A stretch of DNA of 64,000 nucleotides, taken from NCBI GenBank assembly GCA_009914755.4, contig CP068257.2, positions 30,944,001 to 31,008,000 of the forward strand. Reading direction: 5' to 3'. Shown here one piece after another: positions 1 through 14,666 of the stretch. How positions within the stretch are numbered: position 1 is the stretch's first letter; each line of letters opens with the position of its first letter. Position numbers and translations under genes: made by a program. A model generated the notes under the pieces. The model worked only from the letters and a program-made list of their open reading frames with translations, did not search any database and had not been told where the DNA came from. This DNA is from the human T2T-CHM13v2.0 reference genome, Homo sapiens.

Positions 1-2076
1 GATCGCTCATGCTACTGTTTGTGGTTTAAGAACGCCTTTAAGCGGTTTTCCACCCTGGGTGGGCCAGGTGTTCCTTGCCATCATTCTGGTAAACCCACAA
101 CCTTCAGCGTGGGCATCATGGCCATCACGAACATGTCACAGTGCTGCAGAGATTTTGTTTGTGGCCAGTTTTGGGGCCAGTTTATGGCCAGATCTGGGGG
201 CCTATTCCCAACAAGAGACAAAATAGCATCCTGTACTGTGGCTCCCAAGCTAACAGCGCCACCCCTGTTCAGAGGAGTCCACGCCGACAAGCAGCAGGTG
301 CAAGACCGCAGTGCAGAAGCAGGGAGCACGGGAGGCTGCGAGCCCTCAGACTCACGGGTGGAGACAGTGCCACACACATCACCTCCGCAGCCTGCACCCA
401 CGGAAACAAAGCCCCCAAGTCCCCTCGGCCCCAGCCAGACGCTTGCTGCTGTGAGTGTACTCAGAGGGAAGCAGCCGGGAGGACTTGGAATCTGCTCCAC
501 AGCAAGAAGTGCTAAGGGTTAGGATCTTGTTTGAAAGGCATGTACCCGTGTCCTTGGAAGAACACAGGACTCCAGGGAGCACCATGCTCACCCAGGGAGG
601 TGAAATTGTGTGGTGAGGAGCTGATGGGATGTGTGTGTTTGGGTACAGAACCTCTGCTTCTCTTTACAGATGATAAGCACAAAGGGTCACCTTTGGAGGA
701 GCTGAATTGTTAGATGACGATCTTTGTCCCAGGAGAGTGGCACTCTGATTCTTGTGGCCAGCGTATTTGGGTATTGTCTCTTCATCAGCTGACAGAGGTG
801 AAATTTTTCCAAAAGCAGGTTCCAATGCCTAAAAGACAAAATGCAGGGAAATTCTTCACATTTTCGAAGGTAAAATAAATTCAAATTTTAATACAATGAA
901 GAATAATTGGAATGTCCTAGAAAAAAATAGGGTACAAGGTAGGGGGACTTGGACTGGGTTTTCCCCCTAATATGTTGATAAGAACAGAAACCCTCACCAA
1001 GCGTTTGTGAAGGAACCTTTGTGGAGCCGATGTTTGCTTTGTGTTTCTTATTGTGGTTCCTTGTTTCAAAATGATCACAGGATCCCAAAGGCTACAGAAC
1101 AAACAATCCCCAACATATCTTCCTTTAGGCTCCTGTGTCTTCAACCGGGAGTGTGTTAACGGAGGAAGAAAATGTGATACTACTTCTAGTGTTGTCTCTA
1201 CAACTTGTCTAAGATCCAAAATGCAAATTCCCAACTTTCCCTGTTATCAGCAGACTGACCTGGAACAGGGTGATCCTTCAGGTGGGATGAGGTATATTAG
1301 GTCTGGAATGCTAAATTATTCACCGTTCTGCCCTCTGAGGAGGAGAAGGGAATGAGAAGGGGAGAGGGTTGCTATGAACGAACCCTTAATATCAGATCCA
1401 GAGTGGCTCACCCACACAGCCATGCCCGCGTTCTGTGGGTGCTCGAGTCTCAGCCTTTTAGATATTCAGTCCCTAAAACGGCGACTACACACAGATACAC
1501 CTTCGCATATTTAAAGTGTGGGATTCACATATCCCATCCTGTTTCTTCAAATCAGGTATGCTCTTGTGAGCGTACATCCTGTTCTTATAAATAGCCCCAC
1601 GGTGACCAGTGCAATGCACAGAATGGAAAAATATTTGGAAATTCACCAAGCTCTAATCTCAAAATAAGAGAATGATCAAAACTGCAGGGCATGTGAAGAC
1701 TGAATAAGACTTCATTGACTCTTAGGGTAATTGTTATACAATGACCCAAATGGGGCAGTAGATACTATTTTTTAGGAACTGGCATACAATATATGTAGGG
1801 AAAAAAATCCCTGTGAGTCTTCTTGGGTTCTCCCCACAGAAGGTGGACAATCCCGGCCAGTATTTGTGGCAATTTCCCCCACTCTTCCTCTGACAGAGGA
1901 ACAGCCTGCCCAGCTTCTGCTCTTCCTTCCGCAGAAGGACTCGGCGCTTTGCTGTGCTGAGAGGCTAAACTCACTTTCTTTCTGAGGCAGCAGAAGCCAT
2001 CTCCATGGAAACAAAGCTCTCGCAGAGCTCCCGAAGAGTGGGAATAACTTCCAAGATTTCCCGTAATTTCTTGTAG

Positions 2077-2402
<326 letters not shown>

Positions 2403-2471
2403 GTGGCTGTTTTTGCTGTGCTTGGAGAACAAACCACAGAGCAGTCTCCTCTGGAATGTATTCGGTGGGTG

Positions 2472-2474
<3 letters not shown>

Positions 2475-2516
<42 letters not shown>
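2475..2516 (+). repeat. (GT)n microsatellite, ~21 repeats
   Basis: Uninterrupted gt run. Confidence 0.95.
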
Positions 2517-2517
<1 letters not shown>

Positions 2518-2879
2518 GTAATCACTGTGCTGTATCGGAAATATTCTAAGTCCTGGAAGTACCGATTTAAAAGTTCACACAATAAATGCAGCTAGGAAAT
2601 GTTAGTACTTTTCTTAATCCACTAAGAAATATCCCCACTTACGTTTGGAGGGTGTTCATGTGGTTTCATGTGTTGTTACCTGTATGTATAATTTTAATGA
2701 TTCAAGTTATTTAGATCCATATGCAGGAAACAGAACCCAGACAAGGCAGTGATAACACTGGCCACATTCACACTCTCTTAGGCTGGTTCTTTGAGCGGTG
2801 TGATCAAACGTGAAAGCTCAGTGTTCTGTAGAGGCAGGCTGGTGCTGGGAGGCACCCACTACTTCAGCATGAGAATGCT

Positions 2880-3520
2880 GGTTCTTCGTTCGGGATAGAG
2901 CAGGTTAGTGATACAGGATGGGGGCAGGAAAGTCCTGGGTGGAGAAGAACGGGGTCCCTGGCTAGGGCTCGACCCCTGGGCCTGTGCCCATGGACCTACG
3001 CATTTCTGCTTTTGTGCCCAAATGTTGCATTTCCCAAGACCACCGTGGCCTGCCACACTCCCATCCTATGCCTATAAAAACCCCAAGACCCTAGCGGGCA
3101 GAGACCAAGCGGCTGGATGTCGAGAAGAACACACCGGCAGAAGAGCACACCAGCAGACACAGCAGACGCCAGCAGGCCATCGACTGGCGGAATGACACGG
3201 AGTTTGCTTGGGGTGGTCAGGGGAGAGCCCGGTCACTGGGCAGCCCAACTCCCAAGGGGAAAACTGCCTTCCCACTCCATCTCCCTTCTGGCTCCCCCAT
3301 CTGCTGACAGGTATCACCACTCAATAAAAAACCTTGCACCCATCCTCCAAGCCCATGTGTGATCTGATTTTTCAGGTACACCAAGGCAAGAACCCAGGAT
3401 ACAGAAAGCCCTCTGTCCTTGTGATAAGGCAGAGGGTCTAATTGAGCTGATAAACACAAGCTGCCTACGGAGGGGTAAACTGAAAGAGCTCCCGCACTGT
3501 AACACACACCCTCTGGGGCT
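2880..3520 (+). mobile_element. Possible solo ERV LTR (low confidence)
   Basis: cctataaaaaccc (a TATA-like element) at about 3071. About 250 bp further on there is ccactcaataaaaaacc (AATAAA), followed by tgtgatctgatttttcag. This resembles a U3-R-U5 layout. No family could be assigned. Confidence 0.3.
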
Positions 3521-3739
3521 TCAGCTGGAAACATTCACCCCCAGACACTGCCGTGGGGTCAGAGCCCCATAGCCTGCCGGTCTGTACACTCCCCTAGAGG
3601 TTTGAGCAGTGGGGAACCAAAGAAGCGAGCCACACCCCCATCGCACACCCTGCGAGGGGGACAAGGGAACTTTTCCCGTTTCAACAGGTCTCTATTGCAT
3701 TCTACACAGCTGTCCTAGAGGATGAACAGAAGGACACCA

Positions 3740-3910
3740 GGCTACTGAGCTGGCTCTGGAGTCACCCTGGGTTCAAATCCCAGCTCTACGTTCTCCAGCC
3801 CGTGGCCACGATGGGGTTAGTAATAGGATCCATTTCATAGGGTCGTCATAGAGAGTAAGACCGTAAAGCTCCGTACCTAGCCCATGTAAAGTCCACAGTA
3901 AGGGTTTGCT
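3740..3910 (-). mobile_element. MIR SINE fragment
   Basis: ggttcaaatcccagctct... resembles the reverse-complement MIR core. Confidence 0.5.
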
Positions 3911-4198
3911 GCTGTTGTCCTGAGACATCATGAGATGTCTTAGAATTCTGGACTTGAGACACACGGCCTGGGGGCGGCAATGCTTCTGTCTGCTGGAGTG
4001 CCAGGTGAGAGGCCTGATGTATCCAGTTCTTATTAATCATTACTTACGGGAAATGGAGTTGATGGAAAGATAGCAACCCCTCCCACCACCCGGAGCGTGA
4101 GTGATACCGCGTCATTCAGCAATAAAGCCCACATCTTTATGGGGACGCTATTTTTACATAACGCAAACGGTACAAAAACATAAATGCGCTTTTGGTAC

Positions 4199-4405
4199 CA
4201 GAGTGTGCGATTCTTGCCCCGCGTGTGGGGACGCTGCAGATTTCTTCCTGGCTTTCCACCGCTGCAGCTGCAGAGCTCTCAGCTTTTCTCGGAGCTCCAT
4301 GTTCTGCTCCCTCAAAGCATCTATATGACTCCGGAGTTTTCCATGAACATCAGCCCACAGAGACTTCTGTCTCCCAAGCTCTTGGTGGAGTCTGATGATC
4401 TGCTG
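4199..4405 (-). CDS. TCP10L: TCP10L coding exon 2 (QQIIRLHQELGRQKSLWADVHGKLRSHIDALREQNMELREKLRALQLQRWKARKKSAASPHAGQESHTL)
   Basis: The minus-strand translation matches the remembered TCP10L protein. Acceptor ttacag| lies just above 4405 and donor |gtacca at 4198-4197. Phase 0 to 0, 69 codons. The 3' boundary is less certain. Confidence 0.6.
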
Positions 4406-4546
4406 CTGTAATGGCTGTTATTGGGAAGAGAACACCAGAAAAACCTCTCAGATGTCACAATGGGCACATTTATCTGCAAAATACTCAAGCCCTCTCTGAT
4501 GTAAGACCAACACTATTTCTGGAATAAAAGACACCCGATGAGATAA

Positions 4547-4942
<396 letters not shown>

Positions 4943-4985
4943 TAACCAGATAAAGATGGTTAGTGAATTATGATTTTTTTGTTAA

Positions 4986-5291
<306 letters not shown>

Positions 5292-5308
5292 TAAAAATTA
5301 TGGAAGCC

Positions 5309-5636
<328 letters not shown>

Positions 5637-6161
5637 TCAACCTAACATGTTAGCCTTCCCCTGGGATCCTTCACTGGATCGTAGAGCCTCCAGCCTTGCT
5701 CTGAGAATAAGTGGGATCGTGATAAAGGTACAGTCCTGCACTGGGTGGCCCTGGCCACAGGGACCCGTGGGACTTTAATGACAGCAAGCACTGTCCAACA
5801 GGGTCCAATGAGGAAGATGGTAAAAATCAGGAAACTTGCTGGGATGATGTGAGGCATGTCAACTTTCTGATTTTCTTTAATGAAGTTTTTAAAGTCTGGT
5901 GCCTTCTCCTGGATTAGAGGAGAAAAGCTGGAATGTTAATATTTTCTTTAACTCCCTGCCCTGCCTCCCATCCACCAAGAGATACGGTTGCAGAGGGGGA
6001 AAGAGCCACATGCCCCTTGGAGAGGAAGTACAGAATCAGTGTCCCGGGGTGGTGCATTCCTACAGGGGTCCAGCAAGGGAAAGTCCAATGACGGGCCTCA
6101 GGGACAGGAATCAGGGTCCCGCCTGGTGGGACTAACTCTGTCCCCACAGAGCTCAACTCAC

Positions 6162-6305
6162 TGGCATCTCCCCAGTGTTGCAGTCCTCCGTGAGAACCTC
6201 GGCTGCCACAGCTGTCTTCTCCATGACAGCCCCAGCTCCTGGGCACGGGTCCTCTGGGTGGGTGCCCTCTTTGGGGTCCCTGGCCTCGAGTTGACCTGCC
6301 AGCAT
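6162..6305 (-). CDS. TCP10L: TCP10L exon 1 coding part (MLAGQLEARDPKEGTHPEDPCPGAGAVMEKTAVAAEVLTEDCNTGEMP)
   Basis: ATG at 6305-6303 on the minus strand and donor |gtgagt at 6161-6160. 48 codons matching the recalled TCP10L N-terminus. No CpG island, consistent with a tissue-restricted promoter. Confidence 0.7.
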
Positions 6306-6591
6306 CCTGGTTGGGAAGGGAAGGGCTATGGGGACACTTGAATGCAGCCCTCCTACCCCGTCAGTGTGGGCTGAAGGCCCCAGCCCCAAACTAAGGGTGA
6401 GCAGGACCCGCAGCCGCTCCTTCTCCCCCTGGGTCATGTGCACATTCCCAGGCCCGAAGCTGACCAGGTGAAAGGACACCACAGACAGAGGGACTGAGCT
6501 GTCCACACCTGGCTCTCCACCATCCTCCGTGGAAAATGCTTTAGATCCTAGAAGATCAGCCTGACACCTAACACACTCCAGTCATCCAAAG

Positions 6592-6770
6592 AGGGGTGTG
6601 AGTGGGGTGTGAGCCGGTGTGAGTGGGATGTGAGTGGGTTGTGAGCAGGATATGAGCGGAATGTGAATGGATGTGAGCGGATGTGAGCACGATGGTCTTG
6701 GGGTATGAGCAGGTGTGAGTGGAATGGTCTCAGGGTGTGAGCAGGTGTGAGTGGAGGGTCGCATGAGACA
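6592..6770 (+). repeat. ~11-bp tandem repeat (gtgtgagtggg/gatgtgagcgg variants), ~15 copies
   Basis: Degenerate tandem copies 290-470 bp upstream of the TCP10L ATG. Confidence 0.8.
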
Positions 6771-8194
6771 CCGAGGGAATTCTCAGCCCTTTAATCAGCA
6801 CCCACCTGGAGGGGCACAGGCAGACCCTCCACCGTGTTGAGTATGTGTCTTGAACCATCAGGGTGACATTTGTGAATTCATGGTGAAGATGTGGAAAGGA
6901 AACACCTTTTTATAGGTACAGCATTTATGCCAGTTCTAGGAAGTTCACAGCAATTAGAGAACAAAAACGAAAGAGAAAAACGCAAAGCTTTCCTGCAAGC
7001 CTGCAGGGTCGTCTCTGAAAGCTGCCTCCACCCCTGCCTTGCCCTGTCCGTTTTAGGAAGCCAGTGGCCCCCAACGAAACCCCGACTGTTTAATTCATAA
7101 ACTTCTAACTGTGTGAGAAGGAACAGTTTAACCACAGTGATCGGAGAAATGCTATTTAAAAGAGAGTCTCCTGATGGAAGCGAATCGAAGGTCTAGAGCA
7201 AGACCTACCAGTAACCAGATCACTGCCATTCCTTCCCCGCGGAGACTGGGAATGTTTCTGCGGAAGTGGGCTGGGGTCACGGTCCTCACAGCCCTGAGAA
7301 AGCTCCTTCTTTCCTGCTCCTCTGAGGGGACACCCCAGTGTCCTCGGCCCCAAACTCATGACCCCCTCAGTCCAGGGAAGACCCTTTCCTTCAGCCCCAC
7401 CACCAGACCTCGTCACCTCACCTGGTCCCCAACAGTCACTACTGCCAGGATCAGATCATCTGGGCCATGTCCCCACAGTTGTCCCCAAGCCCTCCTGCCT
7501 CATATCCAGAGACCAGAGAGCAGCGGACAGTTCCAACGGACTTTCTGTCTTAAAGGGACATGAACGTCTCACTCAGCGTCACCACTGTACCAGCTCAGAT
7601 AATAATTAAACATCCCCAAACCTGCAATTCTTAATATAGAAGCTCATCGTCAGTGGAGTCCATCCATCCACAAAGGACATTGGAGAGAGTCAAACTACTC
7701 CTCCAAATTGACAAAAACCATGTGTTTTATATCCAGTCTTCAATACGCAACGTGTAGTAAGAGCTCATTTCTCTGAGCATACATTCTTGGAGAAATACAA
7801 ACTTTCTTCGGATATCAAATTATTTACTAGAAAAAACATTTTTATGAAGGGAAAATAATATATGTGAGTTTAAATAGGAGACAGGATTCAAAGTTTCATC
7901 ATTTCACTAAATGCATCTCCATCTGAATTGTCCGTGTGATTTTTGTGATAGAGAAGAGAATGAGGAGCAAGCAAGAGTCGATATTCCTGTTAAACCCTGG
8001 CTGTCCTTCTCATCCATGGTGCTGCGTGTGGACAACATACACCTGGGGCTCACCTGAGCCTGCTTGGGACGTGTGTCACTTGGATAGTTCTGCAAGCGAT
8101 TCGCATGCAATAGGCAGTAAATGCCGACGTCATGAATGAATGAAGAGAATACTACAAAGAGGAAACAGAAGGCACTTTTGTCCCCATGTGTCAT

Positions 8195-9170
8195 TCTAAC
8201 TGTGAGAGTGTGTGTGTGTGTCTTGAGGTGTGCGAGTGTGTGTGTGTGTGTCCTGAGGTGCGTGAGAGGTTGTATGTTTGTCCTGAAGTGTGTGAGAGTT
8301 TATATAGGTTTCTGAGGTATGTGAGGGGTTGTGTGTGTCCCTGAGGTGTATGAGGTGTGTGTGGGTCCTGAGGTGTGTGAGTGGTTGTGTGTGGGTCCCT
8401 GAGGTGTGTGAGAGGTTGTGTGTGGGTCCTAAGGTGTGTGAGTGGTTGTGTGTGGGTCCTAAGGTGTGTGAGAGGTTGTGTGTGGGTCCTAAGGTGTGTG
8501 AGTGGTTGTGTGTGGGTCCTAAGGTGTGTGAGAGGTTGTGTGAGTCCTGAGGTGTGTGAGAGGATTGTGTGTGAGTCCTGAGGTGTGTGAGGGGTTATGT
8601 ATGGGCCCCTGAGGTGTGTGAGGGGTTTTATGTGTGTCCTGAGAAGTGTGATGAATTGTGTGGGTCCTGAGGTGTGTGAGGGTTTGTGTATGAGACCCTG
8701 AGGTGTGTCAACATTGTGTGTGAGACCCTGAGGTGTGTGAGGGGTTGTGTGTGGATTCCTGAGGTGTGTGAGGGCTTGTGTGTATGAGCCTGAGGTGTGT
8801 GGGTTCCTTATATGGGTTCCTGAGGTGTGTGAGGGGTTGTGTGTGTGTCCTGAGGTGTGTGAGGGGTTGTGCTTGGGTCCTGGGGTGTGTGAGTGGGTGT
8901 TTGTCCTGAGGTGTGTGAGAGGTTGTGTGTGTGTCCTGAGGTGTGTGAGAGTTTGCGTAGGTTCCTGAGGTATGTGAGGGGTTGTGTGTGTCCTGAGGTG
9001 TGTGAGAGGTTGTGTGAGTCCCTGGGGTGTGTGAGAGTTTGTGTAGGTTTCTGAGGTGTGTGAGAGTTTGTGTAGCTTCCTGAGGTGTGTGAGAGGTTGT
9101 GTGAGTCCCTGAGGTGCGTGAGGGGTTGTGTGTGTCCTGAAGTGTGTGAGAGGTTGTGTAGGTTTCAGGC
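8195..9170 (+). repeat. GT-rich minisatellite, 30-bp unit (gggtcctaaggtgtgtgagaggttgtgtgt), ~32 copies
   Basis: Visible periodicity. It produces the repetitive artefact ORFs 8329-8581 on the plus strand and 8708-9313 on the minus strand. Confidence 0.9.
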
Positions 9171-10042
9171 TTTGCAGCTCCCCTCCTGAGCCTCAGCCGG
9201 GCGGCTCCCAGGGCAGGGTCCCCCCATCCCTGTCTCTGCTGCGGCTCTCTGTGTGTTGCTCTTCCCGGCCTGGCCAGGACATTTTCTTCATTGAGTCTTC
9301 CCCAGATTCTCACCCTGCAGCAACCACGTGCGGCAGCAGGTCAGGGCGGAGGCTCCTGGGCGTTTGGACTGTGGGGCCCTTCTCTTCTCTCTGATAAGGC
9401 CCCGGTTTTCTGTTCAGCCTCGCGGTGCCTTAGCCGCATTTCAGGCATGGTCTTCCAGGGCCCTCTGGTCTGAACATTCTGTAGAGGAAACCACGGCACA
9501 CCTTTCACTCATCTTTTAAAATCAGAAGCCAGTTCCTGAGCTGGCTGCTTGGAGTAGCAGCAGATACACTTTTTAAAGTAGCTTATGTGTTTAAATTTCT
9601 GGTTCAAAGGACTACTTCTATAGTGGTACAGACCCTGACAAAAGAAATCACCTTTTCTAAATATCATCACTGCAAATGGGCAATATGACCTGGGAACTGG
9701 TGAGATGCCATTGAGATTGGAGCCCACCCCACCAGAGCTGAGTGAATTCTTGGATGACTAAATGTCGGAATAAGTTAGGGAGGGGTGCATGTCATCCAAA
9801 GAATGACATGAGCTCACTCTGTGCCTCAAGTGACACAGATCATAGTAGATTCCAGCGAAATACTTGCAGCTGTGTTGAGTTCCTCAAACTACCACAAAAT
9901 TCTTATGGCAAAACTTGTGAGAGGTGAAGATAAGAGAGTGTGAGCCCTGTGATCGAATCCAAATATGAATTGTAAAATATGCCTTAATACTATTACCAGT
10001 AGCTGTAGTGTACAATGATAGAACCAAAAGATAAAGATTTTC

Positions 10043-10369
<327 letters not shown>

Positions 10370-10467
10370 CTAGTTGTCCCGTCAGTGGTGCATTTCAGCA
10401 CACTCAAAACTCCATGTTTCTTTTGGATTTTATGAGCTGAGTCTGAATGTTATAAGTGACACACTCC

Positions 10468-10750
10468 TTTTTTTTTTTTTCTTCTTCTTGTGAGACAAGG
10501 TTTTGCTCTGTTGCCTAGGCTGGAGTGCAGTGGCACCATCTCGGTTCACTGCAACCTTGACCTCTTAGGCTCAAGCAATCCTCCCACCTCAGCCTCCCTA
10601 GTAGCTAGAACTACAGGTTCACACCACCACACCCAGCTAATTTTTGAATTTTTGGTAGAGACAGGTCTCGCTATATTGCACTGGCTGGTCTCGAACTTCT
10701 GGACTCAAGTGATCCACCTGTCTCAACCTCTTAAAGTGCTGGGATTACAC
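10468..10750 (-). mobile_element. Alu SINE
   Basis: Reverse-complement Alu. Confidence 0.95.
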
Positions 10751-12124
10751 ACTCTTTAAAAATGTTCTCTGTACAATATTTCGTAAAGGTTGAGAATAAG
10801 GAAAGACATTGCCCCTTTAAGCAAAGTGGTAAGGCAACATATAAAAACGACTCAATCCACAATAGTGAGAATTTCCGTTAATTACATTCTAAAGTTTTTT
10901 TGTTTAAAATGAATTGAGGGAGTACAGTATGCTCTTCAAGATAATGAACAGAGAAAAATGCCCAATGACTGCTAGCCATCCCAATAATGTATTTACTCTA
11001 CGTTGTGTTATTTTGTTTCTGCAGTAGGACCCAACTGATTAGAAAGGAAATTACATAGTCAGTGACCAGCTGAGACTGAGTACGGACAGAGGAAGAAGCT
11101 AACTTACATCTAAAGAGACCTGAAGTCAGGAGACATTTCTAGATAAACCCCTCAGCCAGATAACATCAACCCATGACTTCCAATACCATTGCTGAAGAGG
11201 TCACAGAGGAGAGAGAATCCTGAGAAGATTTTTAAAATCTGAAAGTTCTTGTATTAAAAGAAGTGGGAAGTTTCTTGGTATGTGTATGAAGCCTAAGATT
11301 GAGATAGTGGTACTGAGGGTGGCATGATACCCCATTGAGGCTGGGAGTTTTATTTCTTTTAAGTCTTTCTGTAGGTATACCTCTGTGGGTTCCTGCCACT
11401 TCTAAACCATAGTTATAAGGCCAATAAATACATAAAACAATCTTCCTACTGCTCGCAGGCACCATGCTCTTCCTAATAGCTCTATAAGAACCCTTTATTG
11501 CTCGTGACCCTGTGTCCACATTATGCTATCTGATTATTCATAATTTTTCTCGGATCTGCTTGATATGAAACATGGATACAGCCATATTTGAAGGAACATG
11601 TTACAGGAAAAGAAACCCCGACCTCGGAATCTGAGGATTTGTATAATTTGGACTTTACACAAAATAATTATGTAATTTTGGGCAAGTCCCTTAATACAGT
11701 ATTTGAACTCAATTTTATTGCCCCTTTTAGGTCTAAACTCTCAGCTGTGAGTACTAATTTGTGGCGTGATGGTGAGGTGAAATGGCAGAGGCCCATGGCA
11801 CATCATTGCAGAATATGCGTTAGACTTTCACAAGTCATCAGTCATGAATTTCAGGATCTGGCTGCTTGTCTTCATGGGAGACGTCAGGTACAGCTTGCAA
11901 TTAGCTAAGGGGTTCATCTTACAATACCTCTAATTACTGCTTTAGCTAAAAGCCCCCATGAAAGACACAAGTTTACCACATCATATGAACCCATGGTAAA
12001 TATTTTGTGACCTGATACTTATCCAGTCAGTGCTCTGTTAGCCAGAACTAAATAGTTGCCAGAAAAATGAAAACTAATATTCATAATACTGGTCTTGAAA
12101 TACTACAAAATCATGGGACAAAAT

Positions 12125-12235
12125 CAGCTAGTCGGGAGACTGGAGTGGGAGGATCACTTGAGCCCAGGAGGCAGAGGCCGCAGTGAGCTGAGATTGTGGC
12201 ACTGGACTCCAGCCTGGGTGAGTGAGTGAGACAAT
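12125..12235 (+). mobile_element. Partial Alu (right arm)
   Basis: gggaggatcacttgagcccaggaggcagaggccgcagtgagctgagattgtggcactggactccagcctgggtgag. Confidence 0.85.
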
Positions 12236-12430
12236 GTCTGAAAAAGAAGGAAAAAGAAATAAAGAAAGAAAGAAAGAGAAAGAAGAAAGAAAGAAAGAAA
12301 GAGAGAGGTAGGGAGGGAGAGAGGGAGGAAGGAAGGAGAAAGAGAAAGAAAAAGAAAGAAAGAGGAAAGAAAGAGAGAGAGAGAAAGAAGGAAAGAAGGA
12401 AGGAAAGAAGGGAGGGAGGGAGGGAGGGGA
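12236..12430 (+). repeat. Purine-rich (GAAA/GGAA)n simple repeat
   Basis: Long aagaaagaaagagag...ggagggagggag run following a partial Alu. Confidence 0.9.
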
Positions 12431-12439
12431 GAGGTTTGA

Positions 12440-12650
12440 AGAGGCTCACTCTGCCTGAAGACAGGAAGGGACCAGGAGCCGAGGCGCTCTCAGCCCCAGA
12501 AAGGGCAAGGAAGCAGAGCCCACCTCCAGCCTCCAGAACGAATGAGCCTGCCAAGGCCTGGGCTGTAGCTCCACGAGACTCAGCCAGGATTCTGACATAC
12601 AGAACTGTATGAGAACACGATTGTTGTTTTAAACCACTACGTGTCGGTAA
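12440..12650 (+). mobile_element. MaLR (MST/MLT-type) LTR 3' fragment
   Basis: ...ccagaacgaatgagcc...cagaactgtatgagaacacgattgttgttttaaaccactacgtgtcggtaatttgttacggcag matches the MaLR LTR terminus. Confidence 0.6.
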
Positions 12651-14635
12651 TTTGTTACGGCAGAAACTCTTCTTAAATGTGCATTTCTAGGCCTCACCCG
12701 TATAAATTCGGATTCAATAGTCCCGGGCTGAGAATGTGAATTTTTAACAAGCGCCCCAAGTTACTCTGATGAGGTGCCGAGAATAACACTTTAAGAAAAC
12801 ATGGCTGACAGTAAGCAGCAGAAATATGAAGAAATAACCAGCACTACTAACTCTGCACAGACAGAAATGCAGGTTCCAGAGATTGATGAGGCTCTGATGA
12901 TGAAGGGGCATCTGAGCCAGGATGGGTCTCACATTTCCAGCCAGAGAGGAAGGAGGAGGCTGAGTGGCTGCACAGTGGGGAAGCCCGCAGAGGGGAGAGT
13001 CTCCTCTCGGATGCACTGGGTCTATGGCATGGCTGACCAGGTGCCCTAATGCAGGAGGCATCGGAAACTGTGGGCTCGAAGCCAAGCTATAAGCGGCGCA
13101 CTGAAGATACAGAGGAAGAGTTCGCTGCACAAGGTTGATAGTCAAGGGGGAAAAGTTAGATCGGGTAATTGGAGTTATGAGGAGAGCGGAACGGGGCAAG
13201 GATTCCAGTACTGGAGAATGTCTGGTTTACTGTAGCCAAGATATTTTAGTTTAGGGCATAATTTAAAATGCTCCCTTGACTCCTCCACCCCATGGAAGGT
13301 CTCAGGTTGAGGGGCCCAGCTAGTCCTGAATGAGGTCCTCTGTGACCACCAGCTCCTCTTCTCTCCTTCCCTCTGCCATAGTGAAGCTCTCTATTGTGGG
13401 ATTTGGGCATATGAGGGGCAGGCCCACCTCCCCTAGATGTCACCTCTCTGCCTTCTGAGTATCAAGTCAGTCTCTTTCTCCCTAAGCCTCCCAAACTGTG
13501 GGGACTTACGTGTCAGTGTCATTTCAGTTGTTGTATGATTATAGATACATGAAAAAGGAATATTTAAAAATTGTCCTGACCTCCCTCCTCCCGACCCCTG
13601 TAGGAACCCACCACTTAACCACACAAGGGCCCAACTCATCGAGCATTACAGCTTGGGGAAGAAACGCCAGCCGCGAGCCAGAGAAACAAAAACGAGGGGC
13701 TGTCCCTAAAATGCAGGATCCAAGGGCCTGGAGCTGGAGAGAAATCAGGCAGCACCTCACAGAATCCAGGCTCACAGAAAGTCTGTTTCGATCAGAATTT
13801 AAAACAACCCTCTTCCTGCTGCAACTCTTCAGGCCACTGACAAGGTGACAGGATCACATTTTGTACAGGATACAAACATATTCCCTATGGGTGGACAAAA
13901 CGACCCCGTAGCCCATCTACACCAAGGAGCTGCACCTGTGCCCTGTGTAGCCAGATGCAATTTTCTATTATTGGAAAATCCACTTTAAGTTGTTCCTTAG
14001 CAAATTCTTCCCAAGTACTGTTTCCTTTCCTCAATTCCTGGCCTAGCAAGTCTAGAAAGAAAACAAAAAGAATGTAAAATGTTCTTGGTTGACTTTACTC
14101 TTAATTACTAAAAAGCAAACAGAGAAAATTAAAATCAAACACATGCAAAAAATTCTTCTAGAGCCTTGCACACAATGCCAGTTCTTGAAATATTTCATAA
14201 AGCAAAGCTAATGAAATAAACAAAGACGTGGCTGAAAGGATATGCATTGTACTGTGCTTATGGAGCCACATTGCTCACTGCATCTCTCGCTCCACTGCCG
14301 CCGGGCTCATCTGCCAGAAGCCTGTTCCTGAGCTGATTGGGGTTCTGGTCCAGGGGTCCCAAGGAGCGAGGCCCAAGCTCAGGAGGACAAAGAACGACCA
14401 CCTGGAAAGTGGCAAAAATCTGTAAAAAAATAAAATCTGAGTGGGCCCAAGGGGCACCTGGTCTCAAGAGCAAACGCTGTGTCCAGAGCCTCATGTCCGG
14501 AGGCCCAGCCCGACTCCCTGGCTCTTACAGCCCCGAAGCCCAGAGACCACCCCAGCCCGACTCCCTGGCTGAGACTTCCCGCCCGGATGCCGTGAGATCG
14601 TCCCAGCCCATGCTGAGGTCAGTTTGTGCTGTTAT

Positions 14636-14638
<3 letters not shown>

Positions 14639-14666
<28 letters not shown>

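Noticed and set aside
19-522. 167-aa plus-strand ORF at the window start
   Set aside because: No start or splice context, no recognisable domain, and overlapping ORFs in other frames. Likely noncoding, and possibly part of an old retroelement.
8708-9313. 201-aa minus ORF rich in THTTSHTPQ repeats, plus ORFs at 8329-8581
   Set aside because: It is a translation of the 30-bp GT-rich minisatellite. The periodic amino-acid pattern mirrors the DNA repeat.
12744-13199. 151-aa minus ORF
   Set aside because: An isolated open frame with no splice-consistent boundaries or homology. It lies in intergenic sequence between TCP10L and CFAP298.
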